A stretch of DNA of 53,603 nucleotides, counting the filler, from Bipalium vagum (lineage: Eukaryota): assembly GCA_037834085.1 (NCBI GenBank). It is 2 parts of 2 records of this genome, joined end to end, with 100 filler letters (N's around TTAATTAATTAA, not from the genome) between each part and the next. Parts side by side here need not be neighbours in the genome. Positions count along the whole stretch, not along the records: positions 1 to 30,688 come from JBBMKC010267353.1; 1 more part is not named here. One strand, 5' to 3'. Below the pieces are notes generated by a model. It searched no databases, had not been told where the DNA came from, and worked only from the letters and a program-made list of their open reading frames with translations. Shown in pieces: positions 1 to 13,199 of this stretch (the stretch's first letter is position 1; every line of letters starts with the position of its first letter). The translations under genes were made by a program, and so were the position numbers.

Positions 1-538
1 TAATAAAGTGTTGTATTAAATCAAAATTTTTAATGTGTTATGCTAAAATAGCATAGAAATATTTGACCTTACATTGTTTTATATGTGCTGCTTTCAGGAC
101 TTTTCACGCAACCTATATGTTCATCCGAGATTCTCTTTGTATGAGATATTTGATGAATAGGTATATATTATGTCTACTTACAATATCACAGACTTCATCA
201 AAGACAGGACAGATGACTATTATTTTTACAAAGAAGTATCGGAAGAAAGATTTTCAGAAGATGATCATAGTGGCGAAAAAGAAGATATTGAAGAGAATGA
301 TTTCAGAGTACTTCTTTATAGCTACTCTAAAGACGAAGATGTCTAATTAACTTTTAATTATCTGTATTTTCATAAAATATGTGGTTTGTTTATAAAAAAT
401 TAAAATCTTAAATTAAAAGACCTTATTTAACCTCATTATTTTTCCAAAATTGGGCTGCATATTATATGTGAATATTTATTTTCCGTCAAATTTCAGGTTT
501 AAATGTACCCTGCGTATTACAAGTGAGATTTTACGGTA
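1..538 (+). mobile_element. 3' end of a pogo/Tigger-like DNA transposon
   Basis: Acidic C-terminal tail (EVSEERFSEDDHSGEKEDIEEND), subterminal repeat (gctgcatattatatgtga / cctgcgtattacaagtga) and terminus ...gattttacgg-TA, typical of CCGTA-ended pogo elements. Confidence 0.55.
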
Positions 539-1274
539 TTCAAAACGGAAAGAAACTGTTCCATTTTCATTTTAATATTACTTTTTATTCTTGTAACTAT
601 TTATCTGCGATAATTTTATATTTCTCTTTACTATTTATCATATTTAAATAAAATTTCAATTTTATAGCTTTTTTAATGATGTAGATTAGAAAAGTGTAGG
701 GACCTCAGCTAAAATTAAAATTTATTTGAATAAAATAATAATCATTCAAAATAAAAAAGAAGAAAATTAAAAATTCATTAATGTATCACATTTATTGTAT
801 AAAAGTTAAAATGTTTGCTCTACTTATCTGACAGAGAACCTTAATTATTTTTTATTTAAATTTGAAAATTATGATAAAATATTTTGTCAAAAACAACATT
901 TTGAAACAGGTACTTTAAGATTGAAACTTAAGTATACATTAATTAATTTAAAAATAAATATGGATGATAATTTGATCAGTCACGAAAGTAACAGGGTCGA
1001 CGTCTTTCAAAATTGATGAAAATTGACCCTCATCAATGATCCAGTAGAGCAGATCCAATTGATGAGAGACTGGCTTAGTTACAAATACTGACATCAATGT
1101 TATTTATTAGATCAACAACTTTATATGCTATTTATATATTCAGAGAACTTTATTTTGATTGTCATATAAATTATATCAAAATAATAAAATTAAGTCTTAC
1201 TCAATAATTATTATTCAGAGAATTTCTTGAATTTTTAATAATTAGAGTTATTTTGCAAGACTTTATCTGATATA

Positions 1275-2130
1275 TATTACGTTATAACACAATTTTTCGC
1301 AATGTTGTATAATATATATTTATAAGTAATAAAATTTTTTATTTACAAATAATAATGACAAATTAATCGATAATGTAATTTCAATTATTATTTAAGATCT
1401 TCTCCCATCTTTCCACAACTTTGTTGAAACCTTAGTTCCCGAATTCGCTAGTTCTATTCATAAAGAACTTGGTCAACCACTTCTAAGATCCTCATTATTC
1501 TCAAAATTAATGACTTTCATTTAATCAACAGCTAGCCGAAACTAGAGATTTGTTATATCAAAGTGTAGGGAATTCGGAGTGTTGAAAGGCCTCCCAATTG
1601 AGTTTTTGGAAAATGGAATTGGTGATATTTACTGTGTTCGGTTTCGTGTTTTCATTTATCTTGTCTTTTCTTGTCATAATATTACTTCTTTGACGCAACT
1701 GATTCATGTATAAGTGCTTTTCGACTTCCTGATTTTTCAAAATACATGAAACCAGATCAAATAAACCAAACAATGTCATGATTTTTTGCGTTGTTGTATA
1801 AGCAAGATTTTCGTTCAGCGAATACAGCACAAAGGCAACTAGGATTTGACTATACCCATTTGAATCTATGTGAACTGTCATTAGATTGCGGTTTATCATT
1901 TGAGAAAAATAAATAAATGACCGTCCTCTTTTAAAAGAACAAGTGCAATAAATTATTCTTCACCAGCATCATGGATAGCCAATCGGTATGAGTAGTATCT
2001 TGAAGGGTGAATGTTTCATTTTCGAATTTTTTTTATTAAAAGTTTGAAGTACTCAATGTCAAAACGTGTTTTCCGTACATATTACAAATTCCCTGGACCT
2101 TCAATTTAATGATTTTGATTAAAAAAAATA
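1275..2130 (-). mobile_element. Decayed mariner transposon
   Basis: Minus-strand fragments ICNMYGKHVL..KKFENETFTLQD (HTH), ENTKPNT..KLNWEAFQH (degenerate DNARPH..WE..HP) and NKVVERWEKILNN..NYIID* (mariner C-terminus). Confidence 0.7.
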
Positions 2131-5100
2131 ACAATATCTGGTGGAAGTGTTTATTGATCAACATGTCACTGTAGTTGAAACCTCTCAAATTTAAAAAAAG
2201 ATAAAGACAAAATACTTTATTGTACTTTTGTAGAACAGAAAAAGCTTTCTCAAATAAATTTATTTAGAATTAAATAAATATGACACCGTAAAACAAAACT
2301 GCAAAATAATAAAATGAAGAAAAGCCATGTTAAAATCTAATATATCTTGTAAAAAAGTTTACCACAAATCAATTAAAATAAATTTATGTGTAATTAATAA
2401 GTTCTATCAAAATTATTGATTATTCAAACTTTTTTCTCAGTTTTGAATAACATTAAAATAAAACATAATATTTAAAAAGTTATAGAACTAAATAATTGTC
2501 AAATCTTATTTTTATTCAGGTTTTTGATTATTTTGCTATCCTCAGGTGACCTTATTTTAATTTAATTTTTTTTTATTTTATATTTTAAACTATATTTTCT
2601 TTTCAATTTCTTGTATTAATTTCTGTCACATTTAATTTTTGAAAAGTTTAATAATTGTAAAGTGTTTTCTTTTCAAAAGTCTTAAATATCTAATCTATGA
2701 AATGTATTTTGAAAAGTATCGATAAGATAACGTTTATTTTCAAAGCCTTAAGAATTTATCATATAATGTTACCGATTTAGAGAGAAAAGTAAATAGTTAC
2801 AAGTCAAGTTAAACTGATATACAGACTTTTTTGAAATGATTTCTCGTATGAAATTGTATTCATCTTTATATATTAACAAAATATATTGTCAAATAAAAAC
2901 TAAAAAAAAATTTTAAAAAAAATTAAAATTATTTATTTATAGATTATGTAAATCTAGCATCACTGAAAAACTTAATTCAAGCACCAAAAAACTATTTTAC
3001 AAGACTTACCTAATTTTATTGATTAAGTTTCATTAAAGCATAATTTGAGATTCAGTATTTTTATTGACTTTAGTATAAGAACATAAACAAAATAAAAATA
3101 ATATTTATGATAATAAAAAAAATTAATAAGTGTTGTGACAAAATATTTTAATCATCGTTGATATTATTTTCCAACATTGATCGATGGTAAATATTTATTC
3201 TAAAAAAATTAGAATAAATTTTTTATTTTTTTAATAAGAAGACAAAAAAATCAGAATTTCATCATATCTGTTAGATCAATATATTATTATTATTATTATT
3301 ATTATTCGTAGTGATTTAATAATAATCTCATCAATTCTGAATAAATTTAATGTTATCAATTTGTCGAAGATCAGTTGAGTCAATTGTTCCAAATAACCAG
3401 TATCAAGACTGTCATTCCTTCATTTCTATTTCAGTACTAAGTAGTTACTTATGTATTAATAATGTATTTACACTAGGTCAGATTACATAACTTAATTGAA
3501 CCTTGTGAAAAATAAAATAATTAACCTGAAAGGTACAAATAATTATATGATACATACTTTCATGTGAAATTAATCGGTCAATATTTTTCGTAAATATTTT
3601 ATTAGATTGACATGTTTAAGAAATTAGACAAAGAGCATATTTTATTCTTTGAAATACATAATATTCATAAAAATAAGTCCAATGTGGATTTTAGAATAAT
3701 TAAAAAACATCACTAATTTGAGAGATAAAATTGATTATATATTAAATTGATAACAAGAAAAAAACTCTTGAAATGGACAGAACTCAATGCTTGTTGTTTA
3801 AACACTCTAAAAACATTTTAAATATGAAATTATTATTTTGGATCTTCTTTCAAATCGGAAATTTTTACTTTAATTAATTGGAAAGATATTTTTATGAAAT
3901 TCTTCATCTTTGTTTTCGATGATTATAAATTTTTATACTTAAAGTTTTTAAAAGTAATTTCTGATTGGATAATAATGTGGATTATTTTAATTTTCATAAA
4001 GTAATTTAAAAGTTTTTGGTTTAAAAAGCACTACATATTTAATAATGATTTTAAATTATTATCATAGTGATTATTACTGAAAAATTAATTAAAAAGAAAA
4101 TATATTCAAAGACAAACGTTTCAGTCCGTTTTTTGGATGAATTCAACTTGTTTGTCTAAGCAGATAAGAGGTTTTCGACTGGACATAACGCAGGGTTATA
4201 TAATCCTACACAAACATGGATGGAAATTAAATATTCATGAAACATTTAATCATGTTATCATTTGAATTCTAATAAACTTCACTCGCATAAGATTGTGTAA
4301 AATTAATAATAATAAATAATATTTTTAGTAAATTAATAATAATCAAAAATATTACTAAAAAAGTGATTCACCGATGAAGGGTGATATCTAAATTGACAAA
4401 TTCAACAATGATTGATTATTTAATAGAAATAGATTATGTATGTAAATTCTGTTTATCTGGTACTTTGATATCAGTTAGATAACGGATTAAGTAAACATCC
4501 ACATTTTTGCTTAATCTGCACCCTAGAAATCTCACTCAAACTGTTTGCATTACACATTTTTAATTAAGAAAATGTAAGACGTTATATAGGCAAAGATCAA
4601 ATAGGATCAATATGCGACTATGTATAGAAAATCAAGTATCTAAAAGTTATTATTGTTTGTAGAGATGATTCTTTTTTACGAGGAATTATATATATGTATA
4701 TATTTTCTGTGTAACTAAATAATTAATTAATGTACATTTTTATTTCTATTATGAAATCTAAATCTAAAATTAAAGAAAAATGTCTGTAAAACAGATTGAA
4801 AATACCCAATTATAATTTAAAATAAAAATAAATCGTGATAATAATTTTACAACATTGATGATATTATTATTCGTAATAATATTTGCAACTTTTGTTTAGT
4901 TATCTGAAATCACAGATAAATCAATATTTCTGTAGGCTGAGTATCAGGTTATCAGGATAATTCTATCTAGGGCCTTTGTGATCATAATTAATTTTGATAT
5001 CACCAACTTTCAATAATATTAAGAAATTTAAAACCAAGATTAAAGTCGAGAGTACCCCTTTCTTGATAATGTAACAACTGAATTAAGCAATGGATAGCCA

Positions 5101-6506
5101 AGGTGTTATTTATCAATTGATGATCTCACAAAACTCTTTATTCAGTGAATTAAAAATTGTTTTAATTTTTGGACATATCGATAATGAATATCTTGTTTCT
5201 TCTGAAGACTTATTTTAAACAGTTTTACTAAATAAACATGTGGTTTCATTTTCATTATTTACTCAAAAATTTTTCTTGATCTTTTCTCCTCACTTGATCC
5301 GAAAAAAGTTTAACGTTCTTTCAGTTATATTTCCGGTGTCTACCACATGTCAAATAAAATTGATAGGTAATACTGAGTCCCATTTTTAAATTAATTGGAA
5401 TGGGGCTTGTGATAAAATTAAAATATATGATTGTGAAACATTACAAGTTTTGTTCAAATTTACTTAATACAGAATTATTATTCATTTTTTTGGTATCATG
5501 ATTTTATTAAAAACAAAACCCCCATTATTATTTTATTTATTTCTTTTTTTATTATTATCATTAATATTAATTATTATATTAATTAGTATTATTACTATTA
5601 TTATTGATATTATTAATTTTTATTATTATTGATATTATTGATTTTTTGAAAAAATAAATAATTAAATACAAATAATTAAGTCACAAAAAACAAATCGAGT
5701 TTATATTTGGTTTGTAGATCAGCATTTAAAGAGATATCCAAGGTAATTTCTTTTTGTGCTATTGACACTTAATTTCTTAAAATATTCTAAAATGTCTATA
5801 ATTAAAGAACAATTTAAGAACTATTTTTGAAACCATAGAGAATTATGAGGAAATTTTACTTCAATTTAATTTAAAACGAAATTTCTCGGCGCAATTAATA
5901 TGAAATTTCTCTGGAACTAATTTTTGTTAATCTAGATCAAGTTTATGACTGATAAATTAAATTATTTTTTTTAATGATTTTTAGAAATTCTTACACATGT
6001 CTAATGGAAAAGAAATTAATACCATTGACTTACGCAAAACATGACAATTGGAAATTAATACTTAAAAAATCAATTTTATTATTATTATTGGAAAGGCGAC
6101 TAATTTTTGTTGTTGTTGAAAATATGTTGAACTACGATATTAATCTACTTTAAAAAACGGAATCTAAGTCTGTTAAAACGAGTTTATTCCTATTAGATAT
6201 TTAATTATTTACAATGTTATTATTGTCACTTGTTTTACAGAATAAATTATTTACATAATAAACTTGAACCACCGCTTTGTGCTAATGGCTGAGGATATAT
6301 CACAAAGAAATGAGAAATTGGGATGACATTTTGACAATGGAACCAAATAAAAGAAATAGACAAAATATAATTATTGCTTCGAAAACGGATATGTATAATA
6401 TAATTATTTGTAGATATTATTTATAATCATAATTTATACAGTAATTTATTTCAGCAAACCACGGTTTGTTTATATTTATCATTATTATTGTTAGTTCAAA
6501 ATTAAT

Positions 6507-6576
6507 CGGAGATACCGGGACTCGAAGATACTTTTCACGTGCGTATGGACTGCTCTGATCGCTGAGCTACATCCAA
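6507..6576 (-). pseudogene. tRNA-Ala-derived pseudogene or SINE head
   Basis: Reverse complement GGATGTAGCTCAGCGATCAGAGCAG..TACGCACGTG..TTCGAGTCCCGGTATCTCC resembles tRNA-Ala (GGGGATGTAGCTCAG...ATCTCCA); A and B boxes present, stems damaged. Confidence 0.7.
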
Positions 6577-7073
6577 TATCTCAAAGTTTTTAATCTTTTA
6601 ACAATCATAGTAAATCAAAGATATTATGAAAAATTTTTAAATTAAAGACGAAGACTTGTTTTAAAAAATTGACAAATTTTACGAATTTTACTTAGTCCTC
6701 AGTGACTTCACATCTTCCAAATGAGTATTAAAGAAATATTTAAACATTAAAAATTATAATTTTACTATATTATAATATAAATAAATATTTTACAAAGAAA
6801 AGATTCTCCAAAAGTTATCAGTAATAAATTATATTTAATAAATATTAAATAAAATACAGACAAAAAAGATATACTAAAATAATTGTTCATTACATAAAAT
6901 TTAACGAAAATTATTTTTAAAATTCCAAATGAACACAAAAACGCAATTTATTATTAAAAAAAGCAAAAAGCAAATACAATTATTTTAAAAATTAAGACCT
7001 TGTAAGATATAAACAAAAAGTAAAAATTAATATAAATTTTAGTTGTGATAGACTTTATTTAAACAAGCAGTTT

Positions 7074-8246
7074 TTAGTTTTTTATTAATTGTTCCTGGAA
7101 CTGAAATTTGAAAACGCTATTTTCCGTGAACAAAAGTGCATAATCAGTGCCATTTGAACACATACCTATGAGATGAGGCGAGTTTGGAGCTGATATTTTC
7201 TTAACAACCGGGTGTCCTTCGCTTTCTTTCCAAGAAATATAACACAAATTATGTAACACTTCATCAATGGCCAATACATAATTGTTGAGAACCACCAAAG
7301 GTCCGAGACAGAAACCGTCCATTTTCCATCGACTCGATTCCAAAGCTGTTCGCAATTGATTTTTATCACCACCTGTTTTTTGAATGCAGCACCGGAAACA
7401 CATTAACCTGTGTTCTGATTGGTCACTTTTTTCGACCGAAATCTTTTTCAAGCTAACCCAGGCTCGGTTCGCTGATCCATGTGCTGCAACATACAGGGGT
7501 AGATAGCGTGAATTTTCGTCTCCCATCGTGATGTAATATTTGACAGAATCAAATTCACTACTTAACTTGGCTATTTGAGAATTGATTCCATCTTCATCGA
7601 TGTTAGGTCTTAGGATAATTAAATTACCGTCTTTGTCTTGGTCAAATTTTCCGAATTTTTCATAAGTGTATCGACGTGTATACGCAATGACACTCTCATT
7701 CATATCATACTTAACTATCATATATTGAGTCGATCCGTCCGAGATTTCTATTTTGCCACTGACGTATATACCATTATTTGCACAACGAATTTCTACAGGA
7801 AACAAAGAATAGTTTTGGATTTTTGGAAACCAAATACTGTCCAATCTCATCTGTTTTAATGAAACATTGAACCGAAAAATTTGGCTTTCGCCATCAAACA
7901 CCACATACATTATGGATTCATGTATACAACTGCATACAACTTTACCTCCTTTTCGACCAAGAAAGTCTTGCCAACTCCCAAGAAATTCAACCTGATACCC
8001 TAATCCATCGTCGAGACTTTGCAACAACGTCTTCGGATATTGATCTGGAGTTTCTTGTTCCATATCATCGTCAAATTTAAGCAAAACCTTTTCAGCATCA
8101 TCATTTGGAATGTAAACACTGACAATTTTTGAAAATCTATCCTTGAAAGTTGCTTTATCTGTTCGCTTGGTGACTGGCGTTGATGACTTTGTTATTTGGT
8201 GATCATCGGCATTGTGATATTTTTGATAGTTGATTTCTTGATTCAT
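7074..8246 (-). CDS. Intronless 390-aa protein, probable six-bladed NHL-like beta-propeller
   Basis: Long open ORF, GC above flanks, six beta-rich blade-like segments, AATAAA 15 nt after the stop (7054-7059). Confidence 0.8.
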   Translation of the reverse strand: MNQEINYQKYHNADDHQITKSSTPVTKRTDKATFKDRFSKIVSVYIPNDDAEKVLLKFDDDMEQETPDQYPKTLLQSLDDGLGYQVEFLGSWQDFLGRKGGKVVCSCIHESIMYVVFDGESQIFRFNVSLKQMRLDSIWFPKIQNYSLFPVEIRCANNGIYVSGKIEISDGSTQYMIVKYDMNESVIAYTRRYTYEKFGKFDQDKDGNLIILRPNIDEDGINSQIAKLSSEFDSVKYYITMGDENSRYLPLYVAAHGSANRAWVSLKKISVEKSDQSEHRLMCFRCCIQKTGGDKNQLRTALESSRWKMDGFCLGPLVVLNNYVLAIDEVLHNLCYISWKESEGHPVVKKISAPNSPHLIGMCSNGTDYALLFTENSVFKFQFQEQLIKN

Positions 8247-8295
8247 TTTAAAAATTTATCATATTCAATCAATAAATTCTTTGTCAATACTCACA

Positions 8296-8334
8296 CAATT
8301 GGTTACTATTTTTAGAAGTTAATCTGATTGGCTG
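8296..8334 (-). promoter_or_regulatory. Two CCAAT (NF-Y-type) boxes upstream of the 390-aa gene
   Basis: Minus-strand CAGCCAATCAG (8324-8334) and a second CCAAT (8298-8302), 29 bp apart, 50-90 bp upstream of the ATG. Confidence 0.45.
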
Positions 8335-8911
8335 CATGTTTTCATTGTCATTTTAATTCATGATTTATTGTAATTATAAATTATTTAATCAATCATTTTA
8401 TATTGACTCTTCTCACAGAAAAAATATCTATTTTTATTTATTCCACAAGTTATAATTTATTATATATATATTTTTAGAAAATATATTTTTTGCTCAAATT
8501 TCTTCTAAATATTAATTTAAACATGCTATTTTGAAATATGGAAATTTCCTTTCATCAAATGTGATTTAAATATTCATCCTCTAATTCTGTTATAAGAAAA
8601 GATCAATAATTTCTATTTTCTTAGCATTTAAAATTTAAAATCTTATTTAAATTTTTTGGTAAATATTTAACAAATAAAATTAATGTTAATTTATTGAGAA
8701 TTAAAATATTTAAAGTTACTTCGTCTTCATGTTTATAGAAATATAATACCAACAATAATTTTAATTTTATTGTTTGTATAGAGTTATCCGTACAATTAAA
8801 TTTTTATAATGTGCTTAGCAATTATTGGATTATTATATTCTTCAGCTTTTGATGCCAAAAAATTATATTATTTTTTTATTTATTATCAGTTTTATTATTT
8901 TATAATAAATA

Positions 8912-8914
<3 letters not shown>

Positions 8915-8953
<39 letters not shown>

Positions 8954-8965
8954 CATCATCATCAT
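8915..8965. repeat. (ATT)n/(ATC)n microsatellite
   Basis: Seen directly in sequence. Confidence 0.95.
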
Positions 8966-10799
8966 TCTTCTTTACCGATGATCTCTGAGCAATATGATTT
9001 TTATTACCCTAAAAAATATATAAAATCAAAACTTTATCCTGAACACTCTATACTATATATGGGAGGTCCAAATTTATCATCCCAGTAGCCAACATGGTTT
9101 CACTGACTCAACATCATTCGATTCTCGTGTTTCTTAATTTTATTTTCCAAGTAATACTGCCGGGTGCAAAAAAAAATTGCGACTGTTAAATATCATTTTG
9201 TTTTGACGCCAATAATTTTTTTCTTTGTTAGACAAAAGCTGAAATGTTGATGATCCTTTAGATAATTTTGTTGTTTATTTGAAATATTAAAACAGAAAAA
9301 AATTATATATGATTCACTTCTTGATCTTAAAGATAATATTGATACAGGAATTGAAACAAAATTACAATCTTTTTTAAATGCAAAAGGTAAATAGATGAAA
9401 CTAAGTGAAATAAACGTGATTGTAAATTTTAGAAATGACAGAAATTGCGGATAAAATTAGAAAAATAAAAATCGGTTATAAAATTTTTTTCACGTAATTT
9501 AAATTTTTAAATTTTAAACAAACTATTTGGTATTTTTTTTGTAAATCTTTAATTTCTAAACTTACAAATTTCGGAATTTTAGGAATTCATTTAAATTCAA
9601 TAGGATCAATAATTGAAGATAAAATTACGTGGTTTGAAAAATGAATTAAAAATAATCTTAGTTGCAGATAAACATGAATATTAAAATTGTAAAGCCTTAA
9701 TGTAGATTGGTAAAATACTCAAAACATTATTTTGACGGAAGATTATTAGGTAGTGCAGAATTAGAAATTTATAATGGAAGTTATTTAATATTTTTAAGAT
9801 GAAGGATTTGAAGTTTGTCAAATGTATTAAAAATTTATTATTAAAAATATGAGACTACTCAAAATAGGTTTACAATCAAATGTTTACAATAAAATTTAAT
9901 TCGAAAAAAGGTATATATAGAATTAATTTTTTCTACTAATATTTACAAACATGATTTGAAAAAAAAACATGATTATTATCAAAATATTTTAGTGTTGGGT
10001 TAGCCAAAGGTATTATTTATTAAATATTTAAAGGAATTTTTTATTAGTATTATTAATAACATTTGGTTACTGATTATTTCTCAATATTATCATTTATTAT
10101 TATCAAATAAGCAGTGAGTACCAGCAAGAACTTAGCCACGTTATATTCAGTGGATTAATGTTGAACCTCAAGGAAGTCAGGAAACACAGCTCGGCTAATA
10201 TAGAATATTATCAAGTTCATCTCACTTTTACATAAAACAGTAAAAAAAGTTTAAGACATTTAGTTTTTTTGATATTTTATTTCATTTTGTTAGGATGTCA
10301 TATTAGTAAAATAGCTAAAAAATAATTAAAACAAATTATGGAACTTAAAGGAACAATAGATATGTTCATGGTTTCCTTCAAAAATTTTAAACTGCATAAT
10401 AAATGTGCTTTCTCGAAAAACCCATTATTATTGACGATAATCTGTGAACAATTAAACCTGAAAATGAATTCCAAGGTAAATTTTAGCTATTAATGCAATA
10501 TACCAAAAAATCGACAATTCTGACATTTAAAAAAGATTGGACATTTTTATTTGCCAGTAAATTTCAATATAAATTATGGCTACTATACTCAGAAAAATCG
10601 ATATATCCGATTGAGTAGATCACAGATAAATCCAAAACAGAGCGTCACTGTTGGGAGAACAGTATACATAGAAGAAAAAACGAATTAATTCTGTCGAACT
10701 CTTTGAATACATTATGAAAAATGTAGATAAAACATGCAGTTGGACAGTGACATATTTCTCGAATCTACAAAGTAAATTAAAAGTCAAATAAATCTGCCT

Positions 10800-11200
10800 T
10801 ATTGAATTTAATTGTTTTATCTCTATAAATGACGTCCAGGTCCCATAATTTAAAGATGAGTCGCATTGTATTAGTTCAAAAATGTTAGGTTGATCTTTGA
10901 TCTCATGTGTTAAATTTCATTGTTTTCGTCAGAAAACTATCAAATTTTCGAGCATAAATAATGCTTCAAATATTGATGATTCAAAAAGGAGTTTACACAA
11001 AAAGTAAACAGTGTTTGATAGAATTGATGGGGACAATAATGTGCCATGAACTTCCAAAAAATAACCCTACAATAAATTCTGAATGCCACTAGAACAATTT
11101 GATAGTCTGAAATAACTATTGGAGAAACTTGTTCAACTTTGGACTAAAAATAAGAAATAAAAAAAATAAATATAGGTTCCAAATAAGTCTATTCGAAATC
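10800..11200 (-). mobile_element. Possible Mutator (MULE) transposase remnant
   Basis: Minus-strand IVISDYQ...RGYF and DQPNIFELIQ, weakly like MULE TDFE..GCxFH and HPNI motifs. Confidence 0.3.
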
Positions 11201-11914
11201 TTCATAAATTGATAACTTTGGCCTGAATCTTCTTATGGTATCACAAATTAAAACTCTCAAATATTTCTTATGAACTTGTTCTTAGTTTTTTATAAATTAT
11301 GATTATTTTTCATTTTATTACATTCTCACCAACATAATACCTTTTTAATCGATATAAGTGATGTAAAATAGGAAATTGTTTTTGTAGAATCCTATTAAAA
11401 ATAGCCATATACTAATGGAAATACAGAACATAAATAGTACTGTAATAGTTTAATTAATTAATTAAAATAATTAACTGCATTCATACCAGTCTTGAAGTTA
11501 TTTTAAAATAAGGTTTTGAATTAACATTTTGAAAATGTGTTAATGATATCTTGTTTTTTTTGCTCCATTTAATCAAGATATATATCAATATCAGTAGCTT
11601 TTTTTATGAATGGATAGGAAAGTCTACAAAGACAATAACTCTCAGTTAATATAAATTTTAAATAAATTAAAGTTATTATTATCCAAGATAAATTTCTTGT
11701 ATAATACAAAATTGATTTTTTAACCTTGAAATGTACATTAACTCAAGAAATTTAAACAAATAGAATATTCAAATTTTTCTTCAAATAAAAACATTTATAA
11801 AATATTACAAAAAGCAGTAAGAGTTCAGTGTTGTTATAAGCTACAAAAAAATTTAAAACCGATTTTTAAACTTAATTAGGATACTAGGCTACAAATAAAT
11901 ATTTACATAAGCCA

Positions 11915-12358
11915 TTATTTTGTGACGTCCTTAATTTGTTGGAAATCCTTTAAGTCACACAATAGTTTCTTTTGCAAAGTGCATGTCAGAACGTTGTCGC
12001 TCTTTTGAATTGACTTTGATGCTTGACATTCGGTCTTAGCTCGATTACTTTTCTGACGATCAATATTCAACAATATGTCATTGAATTGGTTAACTTTATT
12101 AGAATAATTGTTGTACGTTGAATGATGATAGTATTTTGAGCTTCCTATCCGTTTAGTCGATCTGCATGATCTTGAATTAGTGGAATTTTTATAATTAATC
12201 CCATATTTCCAAAACACGTAACACATAGTGAATAAAGTTAGCGTTATTAGAACTACAAATGCAAATAAACCAACCAGTATAAAAAAACTGTTTGAAGCAA
12301 CTTGATTTAAGGTTACGCTATCTGTGAGATTGATTGTAGTTTTCCCAGTATTATCCAT
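11915..12358 (-). CDS. Small single-pass membrane protein (about 147 aa from MDNTGK)
   Basis: Open ORF with TM helix FFILVGLFAFVVLITLTLFTMCYVFW, N-terminal NLT sequon and basic cytoplasmic tail; the ORF track starts at a non-ATG codon at 12436. Confidence 0.6.
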   Translation of the reverse strand: MDNTGKTTINLTDSVTLNQVASNSFFILVGLFAFVVLITLTLFTMCYVFWKYGINYKNSTNSRSCRSTKRIGSSKYYHHSTYNNYSNKVNQFNDILLNIDRQKSNRAKTECQASKSIQKSDNVLTCTLQKKLLCDLKDFQQIKDVTK

Positions 12359-13199
12359 GATGATATTACAAAATAATGCGTGAGGAAGCGACACACATTT
12401 ATTTTCCGAAAATGAACTAATGAAATTAATGATCACGTTTGTGGGTGTGTGTAACGATCAATCCGGCTTTGTTTGCAAGTTTAATACACAGGACCTTTGC
12501 CATTGATCTACAACTGTCTGATTTTCCAAAGGGGATAATTGTATCACACCATTTATCACTTTTGATGAGTCATTCATGGCAGACAGTGTGTGTGTTGATT
12601 CCAATCAACTTTCAGATATTATCAGCAGTTGTCGGCTAGCTTAGTCTACGTTGTAGAAATGATCGATTGATCCAGGTTATGCTTAAGTCAAATGCAATTA
12701 ATAAAATAAAATAAATAATTAAAAATCGTCTGAAAAGAGCGATTTGATTGTTTATAATGAATTCTTTTGATAATTATATATATTTCCAGAATTTTTCGAA
12801 ATAATCTTATAAGTAACAGATAAGCAATGGTAAATTTTGAAGACATTTTTACGATATATATAAAAAATGTTATCAATGATCTTTAACTATTTTTTATAAT
12901 CCTACGTTTATAAAAATCATGGTTTTTCATCGTTAAAGTAGTGAGTCACGAACAATGAGAATTTACGGTTTATCGTCTGCAATAATGGTTTTTTAATCTT
13001 ATCAAACAGAAAATAAAATAAAAAAATTTCAATTTCGGATATCATTTGTGGTGGGTCAACTTTCTTCATCTTTTTGTGACATTAAGCAATCCGTTTTAAA
13101 GTCAAGATATCTATCTTTTCAAAGCTGGACTTGTTGTTTTGCTTCAATATCATATGGTATATGATAATAATTTTTTATTAGTTAAATTTATTAAGGGTC

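Noticed and set aside
4437-4934. Possible Tigger-derived MITE (tttatctg / cagataaa ends)
   Set aside because: Terminal match too weak to support
4940-5450. Possible Sola-like transposase relic (VKLFSD)
   Set aside because: Only one weak motif; the diagnostic GQNKN and GHS motifs were not found
9055-10000. GG-started segment with decayed coding-like sequence
   Set aside because: No partner TIR or recognisable motif
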